A DNA stretch of 64,000 bases from Candidatus Shapirobacteria bacterium (GTDB lineage Bacteria; Patescibacteriota; Microgenomatia; UBA12405), in NCBI GenBank assembly GCA_041665485.1, contig JBAYIT010000001.1, positions 345,399-409,398 on the forward strand. The letters are read 5' to 3'. Position numbers and translations under genes: made by a program. The notes below the pieces were generated by a model. The model saw nothing but the letters and a program-made list of their open reading frames with translations, was not told the origin of the DNA and ran no database searches. Shown piece after piece: positions 47,503 to 57,588 of this stretch (positions within the stretch are counted from its first letter, which is position 1; each line of letters opens with the position of its first letter).

Positions 47503-48561
47503 ATGAAGGGATGGGGAATTTTGGAAAAAATTAGAGAGACGGGGGGGAGGTTTCGTTGCCATTTGGGAATGGATATGGGTAGCTGTAATACTTTGATGTA
47601 TTTGAAAGATCGGGGGGTGGTGGTGGAAGAGCCGTCGGTGATAGCCCGGATAAAAAAAAGAAGGTGGCAAAAAGAAAGTCGTTTGTTGGCAACCGGATCT
47701 AGGGCTAAAGAAATGGTGGAAAGAGAACCAAGACAAGTAGAAGTGGTTTGGCCAATTAAAGGAGGGATGGTTGACGACTATCGGGCGATGGCAGCAATGA
47801 TGGGTAACTATTTAAAGATTGCTTATGATGTGCCGGTTAAAGGGTTGGCGATATTAAGACCGACGACGGTGGTGGCAGTGCCCGGTTTGATGACTGATGT
47901 TCAATTAAGAGCGATATCGTCAATATTGTCTGACTTGGGAATAGGAGAGGTGACATTGGTGAACGCGGCGGTGGCAGCAACAATAGGAGTGGGAATGTCG
48001 GTTGATCGGTTTTCTGGAATAGTGGTTGACATTGGTGGTGGTAAGACGGCGGTAAGTGTTGTTTCGGCAGGAGGGGTGGTGGCGGAGAGAAACATTGAAA
48101 CAGGAGGAAATTCGATTGACGAGGCGATTGTTGGTTTTGTTAAAATGAAATACGGCGTATTAATAGGTAAAGTCACAGCAGAAAGGATAAAAATGAAGGT
48201 TAGTAATATGGTGGTTAGGGGCAGAGATCTGGAAAGCGGTTTGCCAAAAAGTATTATGGTGGGGGTAGCGGAAGTAGATGAGGCGGTGGCGTTGGAGTTG
48301 ACCAAAATTGTGAGGACAATTAAGTCAGTTTTAGACGAAGCCCCGCCGGAAATTACCAACGAAGTGGTTAGACAGGGAATTTTATTGGTGGGTAGGGGTT
48401 CGTTAATTTCCGGATTAAGGGAGATGGTTGAGAGTGAGACCAAAATAAACTGTATGCCCTTAGAAGATCCGGGAACGGTGGTAATTCGAGGGGTGGCAGC
48501 GATTGTCGAAGATAATCAACTAAGGGAAAGTGTTAAGCTGGTGTCGGGATATGGAAACTAA
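47503..48561 (+). CDS. mreB: Rod shape-determining protein MreB (divergent)
   Basis: GMDMGS.NT, EPSV, DIGGGKT, AERIK, GRDLESGLPK. Confidence 0.9.
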   Translation: MKGWGILEKIRETGGRFRCHLGMDMGSCNTLMYLKDRGVVVEEPSVIARIKKRRWQKESRLLATGSRAKEMVEREPRQVEVVWPIKGGMVDDYRAMAAMMGNYLKIAYDVPVKGLAILRPTTVVAVPGLMTDVQLRAISSILSDLGIGEVTLVNAAVAATIGVGMSVDRFSGIVVDIGGGKTAVSVVSAGGVVAERNIETGGNSIDEAIVGFVKMKYGVLIGKVTAERIKMKVSNMVVRGRDLESGLPKSIMVGVAEVDEAVALELTKIVRTIKSVLDEAPPEITNEVVRQGILLVGRGSLISGLREMVESETKINCMPLEDPGTVVIRGVAAIVEDNQLRESVKLVSGYGN

Positions 48562-50083
48562 CAAACAAAGAATCTATTGGTTGTTGATGTGGTGTTTGGT
48601 GTCGTCATTGGGACTTTTGGTGGTGATTAGTTTTAGAACGATGATTATTCGGGGCGGGTATTATCGAAATTTGGCGATGGGCAATAAAATTCGGGAGATT
48701 GTGATTCCGGCCCCCAGAGGTAAAATTGTTGACCGTAAAGGCAGAGTGGTGGCTTTAGATAAATTCCAATACAAAAATGGGGTTCCCGGAGAATTTTTGG
48801 GATGGCAATTTGAGGGCAAAGATTTGGCAGTGAAAATAAATCGATATTATCCGTATGGAGAATCGATGGCGACAGTGACAGGATGGGTGGAAAAGGCTGG
48901 GGTAGAGGCGGTAAAGAATAAGGAGTTGTCTGGGGTTTCGGGAAAAAGGTTGGTGGAAGTTGACGCTTTGGGTGATTTTATGAGAGAGCTTGGTGGCCAG
49001 AATCCTGAAGTAGGCAAAGATTTGGAGCTAACAATTGATGCTTATTGGCAGGAAAAGTTGTATCAAATAATGACAGGAGCCGGAGTTAAAGGAGCGGTGG
49101 TGGTGTCGGAGCCGGCAACGGGCAAAATAATTGCCATGGTGTCAACACCTTCTTACGACCCGAATATGTTTACCAATATATTGGACAATCAAAAAATTGG
49201 AGAATATCTAAATGATGAAAAAGGATTTCCCCTGCTTAATCGAGTAGTGGCGGCCAGATATCATCCGGGGAGCGTTTTCAAAATTGCTGTAGCCATAGGC
49301 GGATTGGAAAGTGGAGTAGTGTCAAAAAATGACACTTTTGAGGACACTGGGGTAATTAAAATCGGTGATTATAGCTATACTAATTGGTTGTGGAATAAGT
49401 CAGGGGGGACTGACGGAATGGTGGACATGGTAAAGGCGTTGAAACGATCTAATGACATTTATTTTTATAGATTGGGGGAAAAAATGGGGGCGGAAAAAAT
49501 TAAGGAATGGGCGGTAAAATTGGGATTGGGGGAGAAAACTGGAGTGGAATTGCCAGGAGAATTGGCTGGAGTAATACCTGATCCTAATTGGAAGTGGGAA
49601 ACAAGAAGGGAAAAGTGGTTTTTGGGAAATACTTTTCATATGGCCATTGGCCAGGGTGATGTGGACGTGACTCCATTGCAAATTAATTTAATTACTAATG
49701 TGGTGGCCAGTGGGGGAATGAGGTGCCAGCCGACAATAATTTCGGGGGCGGAAAAGTGTAAGGATTTGGGCTTAAAAACAGAGACACTGGCAGTAATTAA
49801 AGAGGGGATGATGGCAGCGTGTAGTAGTGGCGGAACGGCCTATCCTTTGGTAAACTTTAAAACAAGATTGGCCTGTAAAACAGGAACGGCGGAAGTGGGA
49901 GACGGCAGTAAAGATACCCATGCCTGGCTAACGGCTTTTGGGCCGGCAGAAAATCCGGAAATATCAATAACAATGGTGGTGGAGAAAGGTGGGGAGGGTA
50001 GCGATGTGGCCGCGCCGTTGGTGGGGGATTTTTTGAAAGAATGGTTTGAGGAACCAGGGACTGTAATAGTTAGAAAGAAATAA
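48551..50083 (+). CDS. mrdA: Penicillin-binding protein 2-like transpeptidase
   Basis: APRGKI.DR, PGSVFK, SND, IGQG, KTGTAE. Confidence 0.9.
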   Translation: METNKQRIYWLLMWCLVSSLGLLVVISFRTMIIRGGYYRNLAMGNKIREIVIPAPRGKIVDRKGRVVALDKFQYKNGVPGEFLGWQFEGKDLAVKINRYYPYGESMATVTGWVEKAGVEAVKNKELSGVSGKRLVEVDALGDFMRELGGQNPEVGKDLELTIDAYWQEKLYQIMTGAGVKGAVVVSEPATGKIIAMVSTPSYDPNMFTNILDNQKIGEYLNDEKGFPLLNRVVAARYHPGSVFKIAVAIGGLESGVVSKNDTFEDTGVIKIGDYSYTNWLWNKSGGTDGMVDMVKALKRSNDIYFYRLGEKMGAEKIKEWAVKLGLGEKTGVELPGELAGVIPDPNWKWETRREKWFLGNTFHMAIGQGDVDVTPLQINLITNVVASGGMRCQPTIISGAEKCKDLGLKTETLAVIKEGMMAACSSGGTAYPLVNFKTRLACKTGTAEVGDGSKDTHAWLTAFGPAENPEISITMVVEKGGEGSDVAAPLVGDFLKEWFEEPGTVIVRKK

Positions 50084-50193
50084 CCAAATTCCAATTTTCA
50101 ATTTTCAATGAATTTATTAATTTTAAAAATTTTCAATTGAAAATTAATACATTAGAATATTCATTGGATTTTGGAATTTGAAAATTGAAAATT

Positions 50194-50844
50194 ATGACTT
50201 TGGCGATTGGTAAATTAGTTAGAGATTTCTCAGAACTATTAAAACAGATACCGGATTGTCCCCATAAATTATATTGTTTGGGAAATATTGATTTACTGCG
50301 AGAAAAGAAAATAGTGGCGGTGGTGGGGAGCCGAAAAATGAGTGATTATGGTAAGCTCATGGTGGAAAAATTGGTTGTTGAGGCGGTGAAAAACGATTGG
50401 GTAATTGTGGCGGGGATGGCCCTGGGGGTGGATGCGTGGGTGCACCAGGTTTGCCTTGACAATAAAGGGAAAACGATAGCAGTTTTAGCGGGAGGAGTGG
50501 AAAGGCCTAGGCCGGCAGCTAACCAACAAATATATCAAAGTATAATAGACGGGGGTGGTTTAGTTATTTCAGAAGACAGGGAAGGGAGTGTTATAGATAA
50601 GAATAGCTTCTTAAGAAGAAATCGAATTGTGGCCGGATTGAGCTTGGGGGTGGTGGTGATTGAGGGAGAGAGGAGAAGTGGAACTTTGAATACGGCTGGT
50701 TGGGCGGGGAAATTTGGGCGAGAAGTGATGGCTATTCCGGGAAGGATTGGAGATAGCCTGTCAGAAGCACCGAATTGGCTTATTAAGAATGGGGCGGGAT
50801 TAGTGGAAAATTTCAGCGATGTCGCTGAAATTTTAGGAAACTAG
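50194..50844 (+). CDS. dprA: DNA-processing protein DprA
   Basis: AVVGSR, GMALGVD, RNRIVAGLS, SGTL.TA, GREV.AIPG. Confidence 0.95.
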   Translation: MTLAIGKLVRDFSELLKQIPDCPHKLYCLGNIDLLREKKIVAVVGSRKMSDYGKLMVEKLVVEAVKNDWVIVAGMALGVDAWVHQVCLDNKGKTIAVLAGGVERPRPAANQQIYQSIIDGGGLVISEDREGSVIDKNSFLRRNRIVAGLSLGVVVIEGERRSGTLNTAGWAGKFGREVMAIPGRIGDSLSEAPNWLIKNGAGLVENFSDVAEILGN

Positions 50845-50949
50845 AAACTAGTAACTAGATACAAGATGTTGACAGGGGATGATAAGATAGACGACAATGC
50901 TTGAAGTTCATCAAGTAGAAAGTTAGAAAGTTTATCAAGTAGAAAATTC

Positions 50950-52938
50950 ATGAAGAATTTATTGATAGTCGAGTCGCCGACAAAGGCGAGAACAATTTCC
51001 AAGTACTTGGGCAAGGATTATGAAGTGGTGGCAACGGTGGGACATTTGCGGGATTTGCCAAAGAATAAGATGGCGATTGATATTAAGAACAATTTTGAAC
51101 CGGAATATGTGGTGGATTCGGAAAAAAAGAAAATAGTTGATGGTTTACTTTCGGCAGCTAAACGAGCGGAGAGAATTATATTGGCAACTGATCCGGATCG
51201 AGAAGGAGAAGCGATAGCGTTTCATGTAAAATTTCTAATTTCCAATAACCAATTTCCAAACAAATCACAAAAAACAAGCTCAAAAAAACAAATTTCGAGG
51301 ATTACGTTTCATGAAATTACTAAGGAGGCGGTGGAAGAAGCGCTGAAAGGGGCGAGGGAGGTGGATATGAATATGGTAAATGCCCAGCAGGGGAGGCGGG
51401 TGTTGGATCGATTGGTGGGTTATTCGTTATCGCCGGTGTTGTGGCGGAAAGTACGCCGAGGTTTGTCGGCGGGGAGAGTGCAGTCGGTGGCCGTCAGACT
51501 AATTGCGGAGCGGGAAAAGGAGATAGAAAGTTTTACTAAATCAAAATTTTTCCGGCTTAAAGCCGTGCTGGGGAAGAAAAAGTTTGAAGCAGAAATGACG
51601 AGATGGAAGGGAGAAAGAACAGAAATAACAACCAAAATAAAGTTATTTGATGGAATTTACAGCTTTTCGAAATCTATTTTTGAAAACAAAATTAAGGTAG
51701 AGGAGATAAAAGAGATTTTAGCGAGAGGGAAATTTGAAGTAACCGACGTTAAAATGAGCGAAACACATCGCCATCCATTACCGCCGTTAACAACGTCGAA
51801 AATGCAACAGGTGGCGGCCAGGCGATTTGGCTGGAGTGGTAAGCAGACAATGCGGATTGCCCAAAGACTGTACGAACAGGGGTTAATTACTTATCATCGG
51901 ACCGATGCTGTGAACATTTCAGAAAAAGCCATAGAAGATTTTCGCAGATATATAAAGGAGCGGATCGGGGCGGAGTATGTAGCGGAAAAAGAAAGGCATT
52001 TTAAGAATACGTCAAAGAACGCCCAAGAAGCCCATGAAGCCATTAGGCCAACCAGCGCTTTTTCCGATGTAGAAGAAATTGATAGTAAAGAAAAGAAGCT
52101 TTATGAATTGATTTGGAAGAGAGCAGTGGCCACCCAGGCTTCAAGTGCGGTTTTGGACACGACTAAAATAACTTTAAAAAATAATGAGGGAGAATTTAAT
52201 AGTGGCGGAGTGGTGGTGAAGTTCCCTGGATTTTTAAAAATTACTGAAGATAAAACCGAAGAGCAGGAATTGCCAAAATTGGCGGTGGGGGAGACTTTGG
52301 ATGGCGAAGTGGCGGTGGAGGAGCTGGAAACCAGCCCACCTCCCCGTTATAGCGATGCCTCGCTGGTGTCGTCTTTGGAAAAGCAGGGAATAGGCCGACC
52401 TAGCACCTATGCCCCAATTATTAGCACAATTCTCGATCGGCAATATGTAGAGAGAGAGGAGGGGAGGTTTAGGCCGACTGGATTAGGCACGGCGGTAAAT
52501 GAATTTTTGGTGGCTAATTTTGCCAGAGAGGTGGATTTGCCGTTTACGGCCGGGATGGAGGAGGAGCTGGATGAGGTGGCTCTGGGCAAAGTTGATTGGC
52601 GAAAAATGATAGGTAATTTTTGGGAAAAGTTTGAAAAAGAGGTGGTGCTGGCGTCGGATCAGGCGGATAGAGTTAGGGTGGCGGTGGAGAAGACAGGGGA
52701 GAAGTGTCCGGAGTGCAAGGTTGGTGACTTGGTGATAAGGCTAGGAAGATTTGGCAAGTTTATTTCCTGTGATCGGTTTCCGGGATGTAAATATACGGGA
52801 AAACTAGTGGAAAAGGCGGGATTTAACTGCCCGTTGTGTGGCGGGGAGGGAGTGGTTAAGAAAACCCGCACCGGCCGTAAATTTTACGGCTGTGCTAACT
52901 ACCCTAATTGCAAATGGGCGGGGTGGAAAAAGCCGTAA
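50950..52938 (+). CDS. topA: DNA topoisomerase I
   Basis: IVESPTKA, ATDPDREGE, SAGRVQS, ITYHRTD, AHEAIRP, GIGRPSTY, Zn-ribbons. Confidence 0.98.
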   Translation: MKNLLIVESPTKARTISKYLGKDYEVVATVGHLRDLPKNKMAIDIKNNFEPEYVVDSEKKKIVDGLLSAAKRAERIILATDPDREGEAIAFHVKFLISNNQFPNKSQKTSSKKQISRITFHEITKEAVEEALKGAREVDMNMVNAQQGRRVLDRLVGYSLSPVLWRKVRRGLSAGRVQSVAVRLIAEREKEIESFTKSKFFRLKAVLGKKKFEAEMTRWKGERTEITTKIKLFDGIYSFSKSIFENKIKVEEIKEILARGKFEVTDVKMSETHRHPLPPLTTSKMQQVAARRFGWSGKQTMRIAQRLYEQGLITYHRTDAVNISEKAIEDFRRYIKERIGAEYVAEKERHFKNTSKNAQEAHEAIRPTSAFSDVEEIDSKEKKLYELIWKRAVATQASSAVLDTTKITLKNNEGEFNSGGVVVKFPGFLKITEDKTEEQELPKLAVGETLDGEVAVEELETSPPPRYSDASLVSSLEKQGIGRPSTYAPIISTILDRQYVEREEGRFRPTGLGTAVNEFLVANFAREVDLPFTAGMEEELDEVALGKVDWRKMIGNFWEKFEKEVVLASDQADRVRVAVEKTGEKCPECKVGDLVIRLGRFGKFISCDRFPGCKYTGKLVEKAGFNCPLCGGEGVVKKTRTGRKFYGCANYPNCKWAGWKKP

Positions 52939-52944
52939 GGATTT

Positions 52945-53256
52945 TTAGATCGAAGCTTGGTTTGTGGCCTCGCAAGTGCCGTTTATAATCTCGTAAGCCT
53001 TAGCCAAAGTTATTGTTTGGTCACATTGACGAGTTTTAGGACATTGTGCGCAGATAGCATTAGTTAATCCTGCGAGCGGAGTGACTTCTGTGCCATCTGG
53101 CATTGTTACTTTTTCTAAGGCAATCCTTCTTGCCTCTTTCTTTGCTTGACAGATATCAGGTTGTTTAGGGTCTATCGGAAAAACTCTCTCTCCTTTGTCG
53201 TCCTCTTTCCAAAGAATAGTGTTTGCTGTCCTAATTAATTCTCTTTTTGTTGCCAT
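52945..53256 (-). CDS. Hypothetical Cys-containing protein
   Basis: CAQCP...C motif; start at ATG 53256 after a TGTATAAT. Confidence 0.55.
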   Translation of the reverse strand: MATKRELIRTANTILWKEDDKGERVFPIDPKQPDICQAKKEARRIALEKVTMPDGTEVTPLAGLTNAICAQCPKTRQCDQTITLAKAYEIINGTCEATNQASI

Positions 53257-53294
53257 GTCGGTATTATACAAAATTTATTATGAGATTCTAGGGG

Positions 53295-53444
53295 TTAGAT
53301 TTGGGAGCCGGAACGACCAACTAAAATATCAGTAGGTTTGATTTCTCCAATGATATTTAAATTGGTTCTGGATGGTTCTGCTCCTTTTGTTCCAGGTTTC
53401 ATTTCTAAACCAGTAGGACTTTTAAAAAATTCTGGTGATTTCAT
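53295..53444 (-). CDS. Small hypothetical protein (49 aa)
   Basis: MKSPEFFKSPTGLEMKPGTKGAEPSRTNLNIIGEIKPTDILVGRSGSQI. Confidence 0.4.
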   Translation of the reverse strand: MKSPEFFKSPTGLEMKPGTKGAEPSRTNLNIIGEIKPTDILVGRSGSQI

Positions 53445-53463
53445 ATTTGATAAAAATTAATAA

Positions 53464-53619
53464 TTAAATTTTATTGAGTTGAGATAACCGAGTGGTTAAG
53501 GCTTCGTAGACCCTTGCTTGGAGTTCGATAGGGGAAGCCTCGATTATTTTTTCGAGTGATGGGCCTTTTTCAACTGGTTTATGTAATTCTGGCTTGAAGC
53601 CGATTGGTGATCTTTCCAT
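53464..53619 (-). CDS. Small hypothetical protein (51 aa)
   Basis: MERSPIGFKPELHKPVEKGPSLEKIIEASPIELQARVYEALTTRLSQLNKI; directly after a promoter. Confidence 0.45.
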   Translation of the reverse strand: MERSPIGFKPELHKPVEKGPSLEKIIEASPIELQARVYEALTTRLSQLNKI

Positions 53620-53645
53620 AATCTTATAATAATGATTATTAATTA

Positions 53646-53674
53646 AATATAGGCTGGCCTATAAGAGATGTCAA
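53646..53674 (-). promoter_or_regulatory. Sigma70-like promoter TTGACA-17-TATATT with overlapping palindrome
   Basis: tataggctggcctata (53648-53663) overlaps the spacer and -10. Confidence 0.55.
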
Positions 53675-53723
53675 GGGGGGAATTTGGATCTTAGATCTTG
53701 GATCTTAGTTCTTAGATTCTAGA

Positions 53724-55943
53724 TTACTTATGCTTGCCCCAGCGTTCTTGGGAAGTGCGGATGAGCTTATCGTGGCCTTGGTTTTTACAGTCAAGTAGAG
53801 GCAGAGTGGTGGCGTAAAATGGTTCTTTGGTTTCGGAGTCGATCGATAATTTACAAATGATTTGATATTTGCCCAGTTTGACTAGGTCATCGGCGGGGAA
53901 CTTCTCGCCAAATTCTTTGCTTAAGATATAAGCGTCTTGATTGCCAACGACAAAGGACATAAGTGAGCCGACGTTGCCAAAAATAGCGTCTTGGATGGGG
54001 CGCTCAAGCTGATTCATATATTGGTTGGCAACAATGAGGTTGAGTTTAAATTTGCGGGCTTCAGAGAGTATTTTAATAAAGGCCTCGGTGGCAAAATTTT
54101 GGAATTCGTCAACGTAGAGATAGAAGTCTGATCGGTCGGCTTGTGTTTGAAATACCCGATTCATGGCCGAAAGTTGAATTTGGGTGATCAACATGGCGCC
54201 AAGAAGGGCAGAATTATCTTCGCCGAGTTTGCCATTGGACAGGTCGGCGATCAAGATTTTCTTTTGATCCATGATATCTTGAATGCGGACTTTAGATTTG
54301 GGGTGGGCAATAGTGTTGCGGATATTAGTGGAGGAAATAAATTGGCCGACTTTGTTCAAAATAGGAGCGATGGCTTCGTTTTGGAATTTGGCATCCATTT
54401 GATCAAATTCATTAATCCAGAAGTTTTTAAGAGTTTGATTGGCAAGGAGAGGAACGATTTTTTGGCGATAAGATTTGGAGGTGAGAATTTCAACGATATG
54501 AGTGAGATCGGAGCCGGGAACGTTGACGAGAGTTAAAACGGCGTTGCGCAAAATATGCTCGAGGCGTGGCCCCCAGGAGGTGGCGCCATAAAGTTTTTTG
54601 AAAATGGAAATAACGCCGGAGGCAACTAATTCTTTTTGGGAATCGTTTTCAGCCTCCAAAACATTTAAGGGGTAAACATAATCGGGATCGGCGGGGTTGA
54701 AATAACAACAATCGTTGATGCGGGAGGAGGGGATGTAATCAAGAATAGTTTGGCAAAGGTCGCCGTGGGGGTCGATGACGGCTACGCCCCGGCCTTTGCG
54801 AATATCGTCGATGGCCATGTTGGCGATGAGAGTGGTTTTACCGGTGCCGGATTTACCGACAATGTAGGTGTGGCGGCGGCGGTCTTCACCTTCTTTAATG
54901 CCAAAAATAGCTTCTTTATTGCGGAATTCGGTTTTGGCAAAAACAGTCACGTTTTGACGTTCTTCTTCGGAAAGGTCGGCAACGACGGGTAAGTTTTCGG
55001 GCGGATCAGCATACAGCTTTTTGCCCCAAGCAATGTTGGGGATCTTGGTTTTTTCTCCGGGAAAGTGCCAAAGGACTGACAATTCTTCAGTGTTTAAAAT
55101 TTGATGATTAAGAGAAGAAGTAAAAGCGCGGTTAAGAATCGATTTGAGTAATTTCTTTTTGGTGAAAAAACCGGGTTGATTAATTTTAATAAAATTGCCA
55201 CGAGGGTTGGTATAAATGCCAAAGGAAGAGGTAAAAGCAGATAGAAGGCCGGAATTATTGGTTAAAAAATTAATTTGGGTGAGGAGGCCGGGGAATTGGA
55301 TTTTGGTTTCGAAAACGGCCTTATCGGGGTGATTTTGGCGAAAATTGCGGGATGAGTCGACCATGATGCCATTTTGAATGATGGAGGTGATGGGGTATTG
55401 CCAATTGTTGGGGGCGGAAGTGATTAAAATTTGATAAAGAAAAAAATCGGTGGGGGAGAGGGAGCGGGAAAGGGGGGAGAGGAGGGAATTAAGGGGATCA
55501 GTGTCCTTAAAATCGTGAATGGATTTTATTGGATAATTGTCTGATTTTGATAAGGACAATTGACTAAAAAATAGCCCGTCATCGCGAGGCCGAAGGCCGT
55601 GGCGATCTCCTTGGGATTGCTTCGTCGCTTCGCTTCTCGCAATGACGTCGGAAGCAAGGTAATCATTAATTTCCAAAGTAATAGCGGTGGGGTACTGGGC
55701 TAGGATTTGGGAGCGAAAGAATTCGGCTGAATCGGCAGGCGTTGCCACCATAAAATAAAGCTGGCCTTGTTTGAGAACGATTTCTAAAGAAATGGCGGTG
55801 TGCTTTTTGCCAAAGATGCGGTCAAAAAACGAGCCTGTGCCGGCTTGAGAAAAATTAGAGAGGAGGGAGGACATGGATTCGAGAGTGAATTCGTTGGTTT
55901 GAGGAAGACGGATGTTGAAGAGTTTCCAGGGAGACATAACCAA
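53724..55943 (-). CDS. VirB4/TraG/HerA-like ATPase (CPR type IV secretion-like DNA-binding protein)
   Basis: GKSGTGKT, IDPHGD, WGPRLE, YVDEFQNF, SEARK, ANQY. Confidence 0.88.
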   Translation of the reverse strand: MVMSPWKLFNIRLPQTNEFTLESMSSLLSNFSQAGTGSFFDRIFGKKHTAISLEIVLKQGQLYFMVATPADSAEFFRSQILAQYPTAITLEINDYLASDVIARSEATKQSQGDRHGLRPRDDGLFFSQLSLSKSDNYPIKSIHDFKDTDPLNSLLSPLSRSLSPTDFFLYQILITSAPNNWQYPITSIIQNGIMVDSSRNFRQNHPDKAVFETKIQFPGLLTQINFLTNNSGLLSAFTSSFGIYTNPRGNFIKINQPGFFTKKKLLKSILNRAFTSSLNHQILNTEELSVLWHFPGEKTKIPNIAWGKKLYADPPENLPVVADLSEEERQNVTVFAKTEFRNKEAIFGIKEGEDRRRHTYIVGKSGTGKTTLIANMAIDDIRKGRGVAVIDPHGDLCQTILDYIPSSRINDCCYFNPADPDYVYPLNVLEAENDSQKELVASGVISIFKKLYGATSWGPRLEHILRNAVLTLVNVPGSDLTHIVEILTSKSYRQKIVPLLANQTLKNFWINEFDQMDAKFQNEAIAPILNKVGQFISSTNIRNTIAHPKSKVRIQDIMDQKKILIADLSNGKLGEDNSALLGAMLITQIQLSAMNRVFQTQADRSDFYLYVDEFQNFATEAFIKILSEARKFKLNLIVANQYMNQLERPIQDAIFGNVGSLMSFVVGNQDAYILSKEFGEKFPADDLVKLGKYQIICKLSIDSETKEPFYATTLPLLDCKNQGHDKLIRTSQERWGKHK
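55577..55647. repeat. REP-like element, family B, copy 3, in-frame inside the ATPase CDS
   Basis: Translated as DVIARSEATKQSQGDRHGLRPRDD. Confidence 0.9.
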
Positions 55944-56005
55944 TTATAGAACAGTTATCAGTTAAGAGTTACGAGTTACGAGTTGATTTTTAATTTAAAG
56001 ACATA

Positions 56006-56080
56006 CGTCATCGCGAGGCCGAAGGCCGTGGCGATCTCGTTCGGGATTGCTTCTCCGCTAGCTGGCGGATCGCAATGACG
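56006..56080. repeat. REP-like element, family B, copy 4
   Basis: cgtcatcgcgaggccgaaggccgtggcgatctcg...gattgcttctccgctagctggcggatcgcaatgacg. Confidence 0.9.
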
Positions 56081-56210
56081 TTAAATTTGTTTTTGTCTTA
56101 TGGGATAAAAGAAACTACATACGTAGTAGGTAGAAAAAAGACCACTTGCTACTTGAAAATGATTTTATAAGAGTGTATCTTATAGGGCAATTTACTAGTT
56201 ATTATCTTTT

Positions 56211-56441
56211 ATGCCTAGTGGGCGGGTAATGAATAATCAAGTAGTAGCTGCGATTGCAATCGACGAGTTGAGGTGTTTGGAAGTTGTTGATGGGGGTGAT
56301 GGTTCTAACGTTCCAGGTTTTCAGGTAATGGAGAGGTTCACGAGGACATTAAAAACGGATGAGAGTCCTCATGCAAACAGGAGGTTGGATGCCCCAGATG
56401 ATAGAGGTTACACCCCTTCTCACGATATTAGAAGAAGTTAA
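56211..56441 (+). CDS. Hypothetical protein
   Basis: 76-aa ORF. Confidence 0.4.
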   Translation: MPSGRVMNNQVVAAIAIDELRCLEVVDGGDGSNVPGFQVMERFTRTLKTDESPHANRRLDAPDDRGYTPSHDIRRS

Positions 56442-56567
56442 TTTAACCAGACAGGATCCGAAGAAAAAACACTGGTAATCAGTAATTGGTAATCAGTAAC
56501 TGGTAACTAGAAACAAGAAAAAAGTTAAAAATTTAATTTAATCCGCCAGTGGGTGGACAAGAAAAAA

Positions 56568-56801
56568 ATGGCGCCGAGAAAGGGTAGGGGCGAAAGAGAA
56601 GGACAGATGGCTTTTGGTTATACTGTTCCGAGCTTGGCTCCAAAACAACCGGAAGGCTTGCCTGGTAAACCTCCAAAACCAGCAATTGGAGGGTTGCCAC
56701 TTATTAGAGAGAATGTTGGGCATTATGAGTTTGGAGATACTGGGGGTGGAGAGCCAGAGTATGTTTGGGTGAGAGGAGGGGAGAATGAATGGACTGATTG
56801 A
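56568..56801 (+). CDS. Hypothetical Pro/Gly-rich protein
   Basis: Short ORF overlapping the next start. Confidence 0.4.
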   Translation: MAPRKGRGEREGQMAFGYTVPSLAPKQPEGLPGKPPKPAIGGLPLIRENVGHYEFGDTGGGEPEYVWVRGGENEWTD

Positions 56802-57543
56802 GGGAAGGGATGGAGGGAGTTGTGGAGGATATACTGATCAGTTGATTGGTGGGGCGAGGATAAATGGATTGAGACTTGGTGATTCTTTGTCCGTGTTGGG
56901 GGATGGAGGTGGTTTAGCCAGAATTAGGGGAGATTTAATGTTTGACATATTGGCGGGTCATAGAGGATTTGGAAAAACGGAAGAGATAAAAAGAAATGTC
57001 ACTGAAGGCGAGGCGAAATGGCTGGCGGTGCTGGCGGAGACGTTGGATTTGGTGATGGGAAGAGTTTCTGGAGAGACGATTTTTTTGGCAAGTCAGAGAA
57101 CAGTGGGGGGAGATAAAGAAATTGGTTTGGAAGTTGGCTGGGTTGGTGGATCTTTAAATTTATTGCTTATGCGTAGTGGAAGATCGGTTGGTGGGGTAGT
57201 AGCTAAGGTCGACAGCGAAAACTCGGTGAGTTTTGGAACTACTAATGGCAGTGGAATGATGGTGGATTGGGATCTGAGAGTTTGGGAGGTGGTTAAGCAG
57301 TTATTACCGGAAGCGACGGGGAATGATGCGCAAGCGATAGTGCGAAGGGGTGCAAGATCGGAAAGTTATGTTTGGAGCGATTTGAGAGATAAAATGATTA
57401 GGTGGCAGGATTTTGATGGTTATCCATGGAGTGATGTGTTTGGTGTTATGCGATATGGGAACGAATTTGTCGGCAGTCGTTTTGGTGTTGGTTGTGGTGT
57501 TAAAAAAACTAAAATATCTGATTTGAGTTTGAGGGTTAATTGA
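56785..57543 (+). CDS. Hypothetical protein
   Basis: 252-aa ORF. Confidence 0.55.
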   Translation: MNGLIEGRDGGSCGGYTDQLIGGARINGLRLGDSLSVLGDGGGLARIRGDLMFDILAGHRGFGKTEEIKRNVTEGEAKWLAVLAETLDLVMGRVSGETIFLASQRTVGGDKEIGLEVGWVGGSLNLLLMRSGRSVGGVVAKVDSENSVSFGTTNGSGMMVDWDLRVWEVVKQLLPEATGNDAQAIVRRGARSESYVWSDLRDKMIRWQDFDGYPWSDVFGVMRYGNEFVGSRFGVGCGVKKTKISDLSLRVN

Positions 57544-57588
57544 CATTATGATGAAAATTGATGCAGTTTGTGATATATTTGCCTAAAT

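Noticed and set aside
53724-55943. Integrated conjugative element or prophage
   Set aside because: No integrase, relaxase or phage structural genes nearby; such stand-alone ATPases are common in CPR chromosomes.
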